Source of the DNA: a bacterium
GTDB taxonomy: Bacteria; Patescibacteriota; Patescibacteriia; JACQRZ01
Reading direction: 5' to 3'
Assembly (NCBI GenBank): GCA_023246095.1
Contig: JAHFJA010000005.1
Coordinates: 1-59,172 of the forward strand
Length of the DNA stretch: 59,172 nt
Part shown: piece by piece, positions 9,097-17,615 of the stretch
How positions within the stretch are numbered: position 1 is the stretch's first letter
Layout: every line of letters starts with the position of its first letter
Translations under genes and position numbers: made by a program
The notes under the pieces: model-generated
Databases searched by the model: none
Told to the model about the DNA's origin: nothing
What the model saw: the letters and a program-made list of their open reading frames with translations, nothing else

Positions 9097-9125
9097 ACTA
9101 TATACTAGATTAAAAAAAGTGTCAA
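9097..9125 (-). promoter_or_regulatory. Sigma70-type promoter of rplJL
   Basis: TTGACA (9125-9120), 17 nt spacer, TATAGT (9102-9097). Confidence 0.9.
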
Positions 9126-9135
9126 ACGATCAACC

Positions 9136-10158
9136 TCAGGGCATTGGATTAGATAAGTATTTACGCTTATTCGCTAAATGTTCTTCATACGTCTTACTAA
9201 ATATTGCCTGACCATCTTTTGTCGTGAGAAAATAGAGATATGGTGTTTTTTTATAGTAAATAACAGCCCTTATTGCTGAAAGCCCAGGATTACCAATGGG
9301 GCCTGGAGGAAGACCGTTGTGTTGATACGTATTATATAAAGATTCTACACCGGTGTCGTCAAGTGTCGGCTGGGTTAGTCCTTTGCCCGTAACATAGTTA
9401 ACTGTCGCATCCGATTGGAGGCGCATTCCTTCGGAAATTCGTTTATAAAATATTCCTGCAACAATAGCTCGGTCATCGTCATTAGGTACTTCTTTTTCGA
9501 CGATACTTGCAAGAGTAATAACATCGAAGACAGTTCGCTTCTGATGAACAATAATTTCATCTCTCATTTCTTGAGTTAATTTGTGATCAAAATTTTCAAG
9601 CATCGCCTTTATAATGTCAGAAGCAGATGCGTTGGGGAAAACACGATATGTGTCTGGAAACAGGAAACCCTCAAGGCTTGCTCCTTTGGGTATATCTGAA
9701 AGAAACGAATACTGCCCTTCAGGAATCACTCGGCTTGCAGATACAAACGATGAGGCTGCAGGGTGACCTTGATCATACAAATATCGAGCCATCTCCTCTC
9801 TGGTAATTCCTTCACGGAATGTCAGTGCCACATCGGGTGCGTATTGTCGTGTTTTTGTAAGAATCCCCATGACTGAAGACAAGGTTACCGTCCCTTCAAA
9901 CGCATAATCACCAGATTGTATTAACCCCTCTTTCCCGGTGATAGATAAATACACGCCTGCTAAAAATGAATTATGAATGATCTTTTTCTGAGCAAGCATT
10001 TCCAATGTCTGGAATCCTCTCTGGCCAGCCGGAATTTCTACTTTTACCTTTTCAGTAAGGGTGATTGGGGCAAACCATACATATAGTGTGTAAACAAAAT
10101 AAAACAAGAGAGCAACACCAAGGAATACAGCAATTCTTCGGGCAATAAAACGAAACAT
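9136..10158 (-). CDS. mltG: Endolytic transglycosylase MltG
   Basis: LEGFLFPDTY, LASIVEKE, LQSDATVNY, YNTYQHNGLPPGPIGNPG, YLYF motifs. Confidence 0.96.
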   Translation of the reverse strand: MFRFIARRIAVFLGVALLFYFVYTLYVWFAPITLTEKVKVEIPAGQRGFQTLEMLAQKKIIHNSFLAGVYLSITGKEGLIQSGDYAFEGTVTLSSVMGILTKTRQYAPDVALTFREGITREEMARYLYDQGHPAASSFVSASRVIPEGQYSFLSDIPKGASLEGFLFPDTYRVFPNASASDIIKAMLENFDHKLTQEMRDEIIVHQKRTVFDVITLASIVEKEVPNDDDRAIVAGIFYKRISEGMRLQSDATVNYVTGKGLTQPTLDDTGVESLYNTYQHNGLPPGPIGNPGLSAIRAVIYYKKTPYLYFLTTKDGQAIFSKTYEEHLANKRKYLSNPMP

Positions 10159-10187
10159 GACGAGAAAATAATTACTAGCACTAAAAA

Positions 10188-10697
10188 TTATCTATGATGC
10201 GAAATCAAGCGCCTACCAGCCCCCCAAACCAATATCCCCGCAAGAGTACCCACTACTATACCACCCAATATATCAGTAGGATAGTGTACACCGACATACA
10301 CCCTGCCGATTCCAATAAACAAAGCAAGAACATATGCTACAATTCCCCAACGTCTATTATTCATGTACAAGATTGTTGCCAAAGCAAAAGCAATAGCAGT
10401 ATGATCCGAAGGGAATGACTTATCAAGACCTGATTTTTCTATAAGAAGATGTACTTGTTCATGGGCGACGAAGGGACGATATCGAAACCAGGCCAATCCT
10501 ATAATCTTATTCACCGACAATGCTAATATTGCTGCACAAGCACCTTCTAAAATTCCTCGAATACGATGTCCATGTGCCAACAATACCATTAATGCAAGAA
10601 CAAATATACCCATTACTGCAAGGAATTCACCCACAACATCCAAAAAAGGTGAAATACCTGCAAGGTCATTGATAGCCCGAAATATAATGTAATCCAT
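10188..10697 (-). CDS. PAP2-family phosphatase (undecaprenyl-pyrophosphate phosphatase-like)
   Basis: RYRPF, SFPSDH and GRVYVGVHYPTDI motifs; multiple TM segments. Confidence 0.92.
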   Translation of the reverse strand: MDYIIFRAINDLAGISPFLDVVGEFLAVMGIFVLALMVLLAHGHRIRGILEGACAAILALSVNKIIGLAWFRYRPFVAHEQVHLLIEKSGLDKSFPSDHTAIAFALATILYMNNRRWGIVAYVLALFIGIGRVYVGVHYPTDILGGIVVGTLAGILVWGAGRRLISHHR

Positions 10698-10702
10698 AGA
10701 TA

Positions 10703-11800
10703 TTAAAATAATGCGCGAACGTCTTTAATAGTTGCTAGTAACGCTACAATCATCAACGCCGCAAAACCGATAATATGTGCAATATTCTCAGCATTTCTAG
10801 GTAGTGGCTTACCTCGGAATTTTTCAATGATTGCAAATAGCGCACGTCCACCATCCAGAGCTGGTAATGGTAGTATGTTAAGGATAGCAAGGCTTAAAGA
10901 AAGTTGAATCATCAATAGCAGTACATGAGAAAACCCTTCTTGAATCGCGACACCCGTATATGCTGCAATACCCACGGGACCCGAAAAATCACTAAATACC
11001 AATGTCTGAAATGCATGCAGCAAGAAGGCAACGATAGTATATATCATGATTCCCGTAGCAGAGAAGGCAACAAGGATTGATTCAAAAAAAGGATATGAAA
11101 CAATACCGCTATCCGTTAGGGCGACTCCAAGACCTGGCTTTTGTACGGTGATTTCTTTACCCGATTCGTCTCTAGAAGTAAATGTTATTGTTTGTATTGT
11201 AGGAGAAAGAGTAATGTCTCTTCCACCTCTGTGAACAACTATCGAGATCGTTTTTCCCGATTGTGACTCAAGGTACGGGGTAACCTCCTTATATGTTGAA
11301 AAATTCTTTCCATCAATGCTGGTAATGCGATCTCCTGGTTTCACTTCTGCCTTTGAGGCGGGGGTGTCTTTCATGACTTGGGTGATAATCACTCCACGAT
11401 CACGGATCATACCATCTCCTGTATAATCTGACAGATCAACTGGCATACCGACATTAAATCCTATACAAAACAATACTACCGCTAATATAAAGTTCATTCC
11501 TACTCCTGCAGCCAAAATGATCAATCGCTGCCAAATGGGTTTTGCGGCAAAACTGTCAGCGTCCTTTGCATCTTCTCCCTGCTCACCTTTTAAGCGCACA
11601 AACCCACCCAACGGAAGCCAATTGATGGTAAGTATCATTTTTTTCAGCTGTATCTTGAATGCCCGAGGAGGAAACCCAATAGCAAACTCATCAACGTGTA
11701 CCCCGAAAAGTCGCGCAGTAATAAAATGACCCCACTCGTGCGCCACCACCAGGATGGTCAAAATGAGGAGAAAAACAACAATGGTAACAATAATCATCAT
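10703..11800 (-). CDS. rseP: Site-2 metalloprotease RseP (M50, one PDZ)
   Basis: HEWGH, NILPLPALDGG and a central PDZ domain. Confidence 0.95.
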   Translation of the reverse strand: MMIIVTIVVFLLILTILVVAHEWGHFITARLFGVHVDEFAIGFPPRAFKIQLKKMILTINWLPLGGFVRLKGEQGEDAKDADSFAAKPIWQRLIILAAGVGMNFILAVVLFCIGFNVGMPVDLSDYTGDGMIRDRGVIITQVMKDTPASKAEVKPGDRITSIDGKNFSTYKEVTPYLESQSGKTISIVVHRGGRDITLSPTIQTITFTSRDESGKEITVQKPGLGVALTDSGIVSYPFFESILVAFSATGIMIYTIVAFLLHAFQTLVFSDFSGPVGIAAYTGVAIQEGFSHVLLLMIQLSLSLAILNILPLPALDGGRALFAIIEKFRGKPLPRNAENIAHIIGFAALMIVALLATIKDVRALF

Positions 11801-11807
11801 AGGCGAT

Positions 11808-12362
11808 TTATATAGTCAAAATTTCAGCTTCTTTTGTATCCCCCATTTCCTGAATAGTGCGTGTGTAATCTTTTGTTAATTGGTCTGTTTTCTCGAGTAA
11901 ATCATATCGATCATCTTCCGTAATATCCTTGCTTTTCTCAGCTTTTTGTATTCCATCTCTGATTGTGTCACGGACAGAGCGGAGACTCACGCGAGCTGCT
12001 TCAATTTTTGTATTGAGCACTTTTGCCATTGCTTTGCGATTTTCTTCTGTCATCTCCGGTAAAACGATACGGATCGTGGTTCCTTCATTAACTGGATTTA
12101 CCCCAAGGTTTGCATTGGTAATTGCCGTTTCGATATTTTTAGAAATAGATGTATCCCAAGGCGAAATAAGCAAAGAACGCGCATCCGGCACACTGACCGA
12201 TGCTACCCCCTTCAATGGGGTCATTGTGCCATACACATCAACCATTATGTGATCAACGAGTGCTGCGTGAGCACGACCTGTCCGAAGACCCGTCAATTCC
12301 TGTTTGAGATGGTCAATAATACCAACAAATTCCTGCTCGTGTTCTGAAATTAATGGATGCAT
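11808..12362 (-). CDS. frr: Ribosome recycling factor
   Basis: LRTGRAH...LGVNP...PEMTEENRK...ARVSLRSVR. Confidence 0.96.
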   Translation of the reverse strand: MHPLISEHEQEFVGIIDHLKQELTGLRTGRAHAALVDHIMVDVYGTMTPLKGVASVSVPDARSLLISPWDTSISKNIETAITNANLGVNPVNEGTTIRIVLPEMTEENRKAMAKVLNTKIEAARVSLRSVRDTIRDGIQKAEKSKDITEDDRYDLLEKTDQLTKDYTRTIQEMGDTKEAEILTI

Positions 12363-12396
12363 ATCATTAATGCCCTTTAGGGTAAAGTTAATATTA

Positions 12397-13485
12397 TTAT
12401 CTAAAAAAAGGTGAGGCCGCTTTATAAACCGAAGTTCCTAAATATACTGTTGCGATATTATAAGGATCAATCAACATTACTTCGGCCGCACGATCGCTTG
12501 GCAAATGTCGTGAAACCCAGTGCGCTCCCCCATCAGTCGTCCGATAAAACGTCGATTGCGTTGCGTAAAATATTTCATCATCATCTTGTGGATTAACCGC
12601 GACCGCCAATATCACTGCCTCACCTTCGGGAGTTAGTAGAGGCACGCTTTCCCATGAGGATCCCATTGACTGTGACTTGTACATTCCTTGCGAATTCACA
12701 TAGAGCAGGCCCCCTTTCTGCGATAATGGACCGATCCATCGAAACGGATAATGCGAGAACCATTCCGTATTTTTTATCGATACATCTTCCCATGACACCC
12801 CCTTATTCATACTGCGAAATACTCCGTTATCTTTGGTCGCGACGTAAATGAGATTCGAGTCCCAACGATCAATAACCAGATCAGAAATTGACGTGTTAGA
12901 CAGACGATAAATGGCCGTCCATGTAGTTCCTCGATCGAGACTTTTTAAAACATCCCCATCAGATGACGTGAGATATACGATTTCAGGTTGAAGTGGGTCA
13001 GACTCCACACTCGTCAAAGCAGTGTTGGGTCGAGTTTCATTATATGTCACCGTCCAGCTTTTTGCACAATCGGTGGTCTTGAGTAACTGACCTTGTGTAA
13101 GCACATACACGACGCAGCGTGAAACGGAATCGAGCGCAACATCTTGTACATACACTTTAGTCAAAACATTATTCCATGTTTCTCCTGCGTCTTCGGTGAC
13201 GTATAGGCCATTTGAAACAGTGCCAGCGAATACTCTCTTACCATTGCGCGCGTCGATTTTAAGTTTAGTAATCTGGTCATTTCCCATGCTTTTTTTCTTA
13301 CCTTCTACCATGATAACCTGTTTTGGTACCCAATTTTCACCACTATCAAGTGTTTTAAAAATACCCCCCTGAGATGCCCCACCAAGCTTTAACGTACACC
13401 CCGCGCCGAGGAGTAGTAAAGCAGAAAGTGCAAAAAGTGACAAGAAAATACGATGCATAATAAGCTTAGAAAAAAAGATGTTCAA
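12397..13485 (-). CDS. Lipoprotein with seven BNR/Asp-box repeats (beta-propeller)
   Basis: Lipobox-like LLLLGAGC; repeats KTLDSGENW, VTEDAGETW, KTTDCAKSW, KSLDRGTTW, RSMNKGVSW, KSQSMGSSW, RTTDGGAHW. Confidence 0.8.
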   Translation of the reverse strand: MNIFFSKLIMHRIFLSLFALSALLLLGAGCTLKLGGASQGGIFKTLDSGENWVPKQVIMVEGKKKSMGNDQITKLKIDARNGKRVFAGTVSNGLYVTEDAGETWNNVLTKVYVQDVALDSVSRCVVYVLTQGQLLKTTDCAKSWTVTYNETRPNTALTSVESDPLQPEIVYLTSSDGDVLKSLDRGTTWTAIYRLSNTSISDLVIDRWDSNLIYVATKDNGVFRSMNKGVSWEDVSIKNTEWFSHYPFRWIGPLSQKGGLLYVNSQGMYKSQSMGSSWESVPLLTPEGEAVILAVAVNPQDDDEIFYATQSTFYRTTDGGAHWVSRHLPSDRAAEVMLIDPYNIATVYLGTSVYKAASPFFR

Positions 13486-14227
13486 ATGCGTTAGAAAGGG
13501 TACCGATACGATTCATAGTATGTACTTGCACATAACGAGTACTTGAGTGGACAAACGCTGATTGAACGGCCACGTCAGACGAGTGCGCCATTTGTTCTAA
13601 CGCCATTTCTACTGAAATAAAATCTTGAGAATTGATAGTCGAAACAACAAGGAGCTGTTCATGTATTGGTGCGGTGAATATATGCGGGTCGAATTTGGGT
13701 AACTTCTTATGTTCCGACGATGTAAGTCCAGGAAGTCCCGATGCAGTTCTCAACACTGAGGGCACCAGTCTGAATCGAACAAGTGATGCGCGTGAACGTA
13801 TGGTTGGTAATATTCTCTGAATCCTGTGTGCAAGCAACAGAAATAGAACGCGTTCTGACGGCTCTTCCATTGCTTTCAAAAGGGCATTTGACGCTTGCTC
13901 GGATAAATAGTCCGCCCCATCAATCAGTATGATATTCCAGACATTGGATTGCTGCGTATACAGCGAACTAGAAACACTGGATCGTATTTCATCGATACTG
14001 ATAATTCCGTATTCATTCTTTTCAGGATTCCAGGCATCAATATGATGTACCTCTGATGAAGGGAATCTCTGTTTCATGTCATGAATAAACACATCCGCAA
14101 CCGTTCGCTTCCCCACATGCTCGGGACCTGAAAATATCATGCATTGCGGCACAATATCGTTAGTCAAAACATGCTGCAAATACGTTATAGCGTCAGTATG
14201 CCCAATGATGGAATTCCAGTCTTTCAT
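13466..14227 (-). CDS. holB: DNA polymerase III subunit delta-prime (short form)
   Basis: IIGH...FSGPEHVGK, ISIDEIR, ASNALLKAMEEP, ILPTIRSR. Confidence 0.85.
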   Translation of the reverse strand: MKDWNSIIGHTDAITYLQHVLTNDIVPQCMIFSGPEHVGKRTVADVFIHDMKQRFPSSEVHHIDAWNPEKNEYGIISIDEIRSSVSSSLYTQQSNVWNIILIDGADYLSEQASNALLKAMEEPSERVLFLLLAHRIQRILPTIRSRASLVRFRLVPSVLRTASGLPGLTSSEHKKLPKFDPHIFTAPIHEQLLVVSTINSQDFISVEMALEQMAHSSDVAVQSAFVHSSTRYVQVHTMNRIGTLSNAFEHLFF

Positions 14228-14315
14228 ATCGTAGATATCGTAGGGGGTAAACCCGTAGATGCCCTCTGGGTACCCTTTAGGATATGAGAATAGTGTAGCA
14301 GGTTTTTGAGCAAAT

Positions 14316-14348
14316 AAAAAACCACATATCCTTTCATATGCGGTTTTT
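14316..14348 (-). terminator. Intrinsic terminator after 14356 gene
   Basis: Minus strand AAAAACCGCATAT-GAAAGG-ATATGTGGTTTTTT. Confidence 0.8.
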
Positions 14349-14355
14349 AATAATA

Positions 14356-15336
14356 TTATTTTTTAAGATTTGCGACTTCAACCTTGACGTGCCAGTCCTT
14401 ATAGTAGTGTGGCAGCGTTCCTGCATGCATCTCTCCTATCGCTATGTACGCTTTTGTGGCTTTGATCGATCTCATTTTCAGGACGATATTAGCCAGAATG
14501 AGCGGTTCCCGAAAATCGAAATTCAACCATTGTGAAGTATTCTCATACGCCTCCATTGGTACAAGTGAATCATCAAGGGAAAAAAGGATTAATACCACTC
14601 GGTTAATCAACGTTCTGTCAAAACCAAAAAGTTTTAGTGCCGGTTGATCAAGAAATGGTTGCCACCAGGCTAAGTCACTTGCTTGAGTTCTGACGTATGT
14701 CTTGAACTCATCAATCGAAGCAGGAGGATCAGTACCGAGCTTTCCTGCCTCTTTAACGAGATCGGAATAGGTGGTTTGCCAGTTTATCTCACCTTCCACA
14801 CCCTCAATAAAGACGAGTGCTGGTTTGACCCTTTTTACATATTTTTCAATCTGGGCCTGTCGTTGCTTTGACTCTTCTGCTTGAGACATCACATCGCTAT
14901 GAATATCCGGAATCAGAATCAATGAAATTGGTGGACCTACCAACGCAGCTTTTTGACCTTTGTGGATGACATCGACTGCTCGATCAAGCTCTTTAGAAGC
15001 CAAAAAGTCCTTTAGATATTCTTTTGTTGAGAGTTTCCCTGTCAAAATACTCCCGGATGGGCCTAAATTATCGGCAATATAGCTAAGCCGCGCTTCGACA
15101 AAGCATTTTATATTTTCAATTGATTTCGTTATTTTCTCACTAGGCCACAATAATGGCGAACTGGAAGGTATTATTGTCGGCGTAGCTACAGGTTCCGGCT
15201 GCACTTCGACGTACTTTGCCTGAGGCTGTTTACTGTAAACTAAAATGATTATTACTGCTATAGCGCACAGTGTTATCACTATCTTATTACCTACGCTTTT
15301 ATTCACCCTTTTTTCAACTCTTTTGTTTTCGTTCAT
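14356..15336 (-). CDS. Membrane-anchored protein with TraB/Tiki/ChaN-like motif set
   Basis: N-terminal TM; PDIH, FIEG, FREPLILAN and IGEMH in the order typical of that superfamily (pattern inference). Confidence 0.45.
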   Translation of the reverse strand: MNENKRVEKRVNKSVGNKIVITLCAIAVIIILVYSKQPQAKYVEVQPEPVATPTIIPSSSPLLWPSEKITKSIENIKCFVEARLSYIADNLGPSGSILTGKLSTKEYLKDFLASKELDRAVDVIHKGQKAALVGPPISLILIPDIHSDVMSQAEESKQRQAQIEKYVKRVKPALVFIEGVEGEINWQTTYSDLVKEAGKLGTDPPASIDEFKTYVRTQASDLAWWQPFLDQPALKLFGFDRTLINRVVLILFSLDDSLVPMEAYENTSQWLNFDFREPLILANIVLKMRSIKATKAYIAIGEMHAGTLPHYYKDWHVKVEVANLKK

Positions 15337-15382
15337 TTAGTGGCTCCTTTCAAGAGATACACATTGTAAAAATACTGATCGC

Positions 15383-15411
15383 AAACTAGCATGGGTGCTC
15401 AGGATTGTCAA
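15383..15411 (-). promoter_or_regulatory. Sigma70-type promoter of 14356 gene
   Basis: TTGACA, 17 nt spacer, TAGTTT with a TG extension. Confidence 0.7.
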
Positions 15412-15482
15412 TGGGACATTTCCATTTTATCCCGATATAATCGGGAAATCATGCAAAAATTCTAAAACAAAACAAGGACAGC

Positions 15483-16601
15483 CTATTGAGACAACACTCC
15501 CAAAGTCTTACGAGCACACTCTTCCCAGCTAAACCTTTTGATATTTTCAAGACCTTTTGTTATCAACTCTCGTTCGAGATTATAATCGCTTAATACTTGT
15601 GCAATTTTAGTTGCCAAATCCTCCGGAGACGCGGCTTCGTGATAAAGAGCTCCTTCGCCGCCTACTTCAGGTAAACTCGCCGCCTGCGAAGCTACAACCG
15701 GTATGTGACAGCTTTGTGCCTCGATGACGGGTATCCCAAACCCCTCATAAAAACTAGGGAACGCAAATAATCGCGCATTTCGTAATAACGCCACCTTTTG
15801 TTCTTCATGAATCCATCCTAGATATTTTATATCATCTTTATATTTACTCTCCCCTATTTTTCCCAACACTTCCTGCTCCGCCAATCGAGCTTTACCCGCG
15901 ATAACGAGTTGGAGATCAGGAAATGATTGCTTCACAATCGCAAATGCGTCAATAAGCGTCGGAAGATTTTTCTTTTTTTCTAACGGCGCAATAGTAAACA
16001 AATAATTCGTTGGCATCAAATCCCATTGTTTCAAAATCAGCGCATCAGGAATGGTCGTTGCCATGGATGCTGGAACATACGTTTCTTTGTCATAACCCAA
16101 ATGAGTTACAACGATTCGTGCAGGATCGACATTGTAATATTTCACAATTTCTTGTTTAGTAAACTCTGATACCGTCAAAATCGTATGAGCTCGTTTTGTT
16201 GCATGCCAGGTCGTCCAATATAAGTACTGCTGGCGTTTCCACTCATAAATATCTTTATAGGGAATAAACGCAATGTCGTGGATCGTTGTTATGATTCGTT
16301 TCGATTGAACCAACGGCAGCGCATCAGCAGGTATAAATAACGTATCGGGTTTCTTTTTTAACAACTCCATCGTCAATCTTGTCTGTGGCCAAAACCACTT
16401 TGTCGGCGATTTTAAAACTTTTTCTGTAAAATGCGGTGGCCACGTTGCTTTTTCTTCATCAGAAAATGGTTGTGAGGTATATAAAATATATTCATTGCTC
16501 GTATCCTGCTTCATGAACTCATGCAAAAGGTGATAGGTATACCATTCCACCCCCGTTTTTTCCCGTCGTGCTGCCGGTGACGCGTCAATGCCAATAATCA
16601 T
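15483..16601 (-). CDS. Glycosyltransferase family 4
   Basis: MIIGIDAS...TGVEWY, TIHDIAF, FPSFYEGFGIPVIEAQ. Confidence 0.93.
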   Translation of the reverse strand: MIIGIDASPAARREKTGVEWYTYHLLHEFMKQDTSNEYILYTSQPFSDEEKATWPPHFTEKVLKSPTKWFWPQTRLTMELLKKKPDTLFIPADALPLVQSKRIITTIHDIAFIPYKDIYEWKRQQYLYWTTWHATKRAHTILTVSEFTKQEIVKYYNVDPARIVVTHLGYDKETYVPASMATTIPDALILKQWDLMPTNYLFTIAPLEKKKNLPTLIDAFAIVKQSFPDLQLVIAGKARLAEQEVLGKIGESKYKDDIKYLGWIHEEQKVALLRNARLFAFPSFYEGFGIPVIEAQSCHIPVVASQAASLPEVGGEGALYHEAASPEDLATKIAQVLSDYNLERELITKGLENIKRFSWEECARKTLGVLSQ

Positions 16602-16603
16602 AG

Positions 16604-17611
16604 TTACTTTGTCGCTAAAATACTGCGCTTGTACGCATCAAGATTTTCCAAAACAATTCCCGTACCTTTTGCCACGCACAACAACGCTTCATCAGCAATA
16701 TAGGCAGTTATACCAGTCGCGCGAGTGATAAGTTGGTCAAAATTACGCAAAAGAGACGTCCCCCCTGACATGATAATACCCCGGTCAATAACATCAGCCG
16801 CCAACTCTGGTGGTGTGTCCTGTAATACAGATTTAACCGCTGAAACGATTCCGTCCAATTCGTGAGAAATCGCATTGGTCACATCATCAGAAGTAACCGT
16901 GATCGTTTTCGGAAGACCAGAGATAATATCACGACCGCGCACCTGCATGATCAATTTTTCTTCCAAATACAATGCAGAACCGATCGTAATCTTGATTTCT
17001 TCCGCTGTACGTTCCCCTATCGCAAGTCCGTATTTTTTTCGAATATCCTCCATAATCGCTGCATCAAATTTATTGCCTCCTATACGTACCGAGTTGCATG
17101 CAACCACGCCTCCCAAGGAAATAACTGCGATTTCAGAGGTACCTCCACCGATGTCGATAATCATGTGACCGGATGCGTTGCCAATAGGAATATTTGCACC
17201 AATCGCTGCAGCAACAGGTTCTTTAATGATGTACGCCGCCCGTGCTCCTGCAGCCAACGTAGCATCGATCACCGCGCGTCGCTCAGTAGAAGTAATTCCT
17301 GCTGGCACTGCCACCATCACTTCAGGGCGAAAAATGCGTACACCCCCAAGAGCTTTATTAATAAAATAGCGAAGCATAGCTTCTGTTGTGCGATAGTCAG
17401 CGATCACGCCGTCCTTGAGAGGACGAGAAGCAATGATGGTATCTGGCGTGCGCCCCAACATTTCTTTTGCTTCATTCCCTACCGCTAAAACTTTTTTATC
17501 GGCGACAGAAATAGCAACAACAGAGGGTTCGTTGATAACAATACCTTTTTTGGGAGTATGGACGAGGACATTGGTTGTCCCTAGATCAATGCCTATTTTT
17601 TTGTGAAACAT
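16604..17611 (-). CDS. mreB: Rod shape-determining protein MreB
   Basis: IGIDLGTTN, EPSVVA, RPLKDGVIAD, DIGGGTSE, SGGTSLL. Confidence 0.98.
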   Translation of the reverse strand: MFHKKIGIDLGTTNVLVHTPKKGIVINEPSVVAISVADKKVLAVGNEAKEMLGRTPDTIIASRPLKDGVIADYRTTEAMLRYFINKALGGVRIFRPEVMVAVPAGITSTERRAVIDATLAAGARAAYIIKEPVAAAIGANIPIGNASGHMIIDIGGGTSEIAVISLGGVVACNSVRIGGNKFDAAIMEDIRKKYGLAIGERTAEEIKITIGSALYLEEKLIMQVRGRDIISGLPKTITVTSDDVTNAISHELDGIVSAVKSVLQDTPPELAADVIDRGIIMSGGTSLLRNFDQLITRATGITAYIADEALLCVAKGTGIVLENLDAYKRSILATK

Positions 17612-17615
17612 AAGA

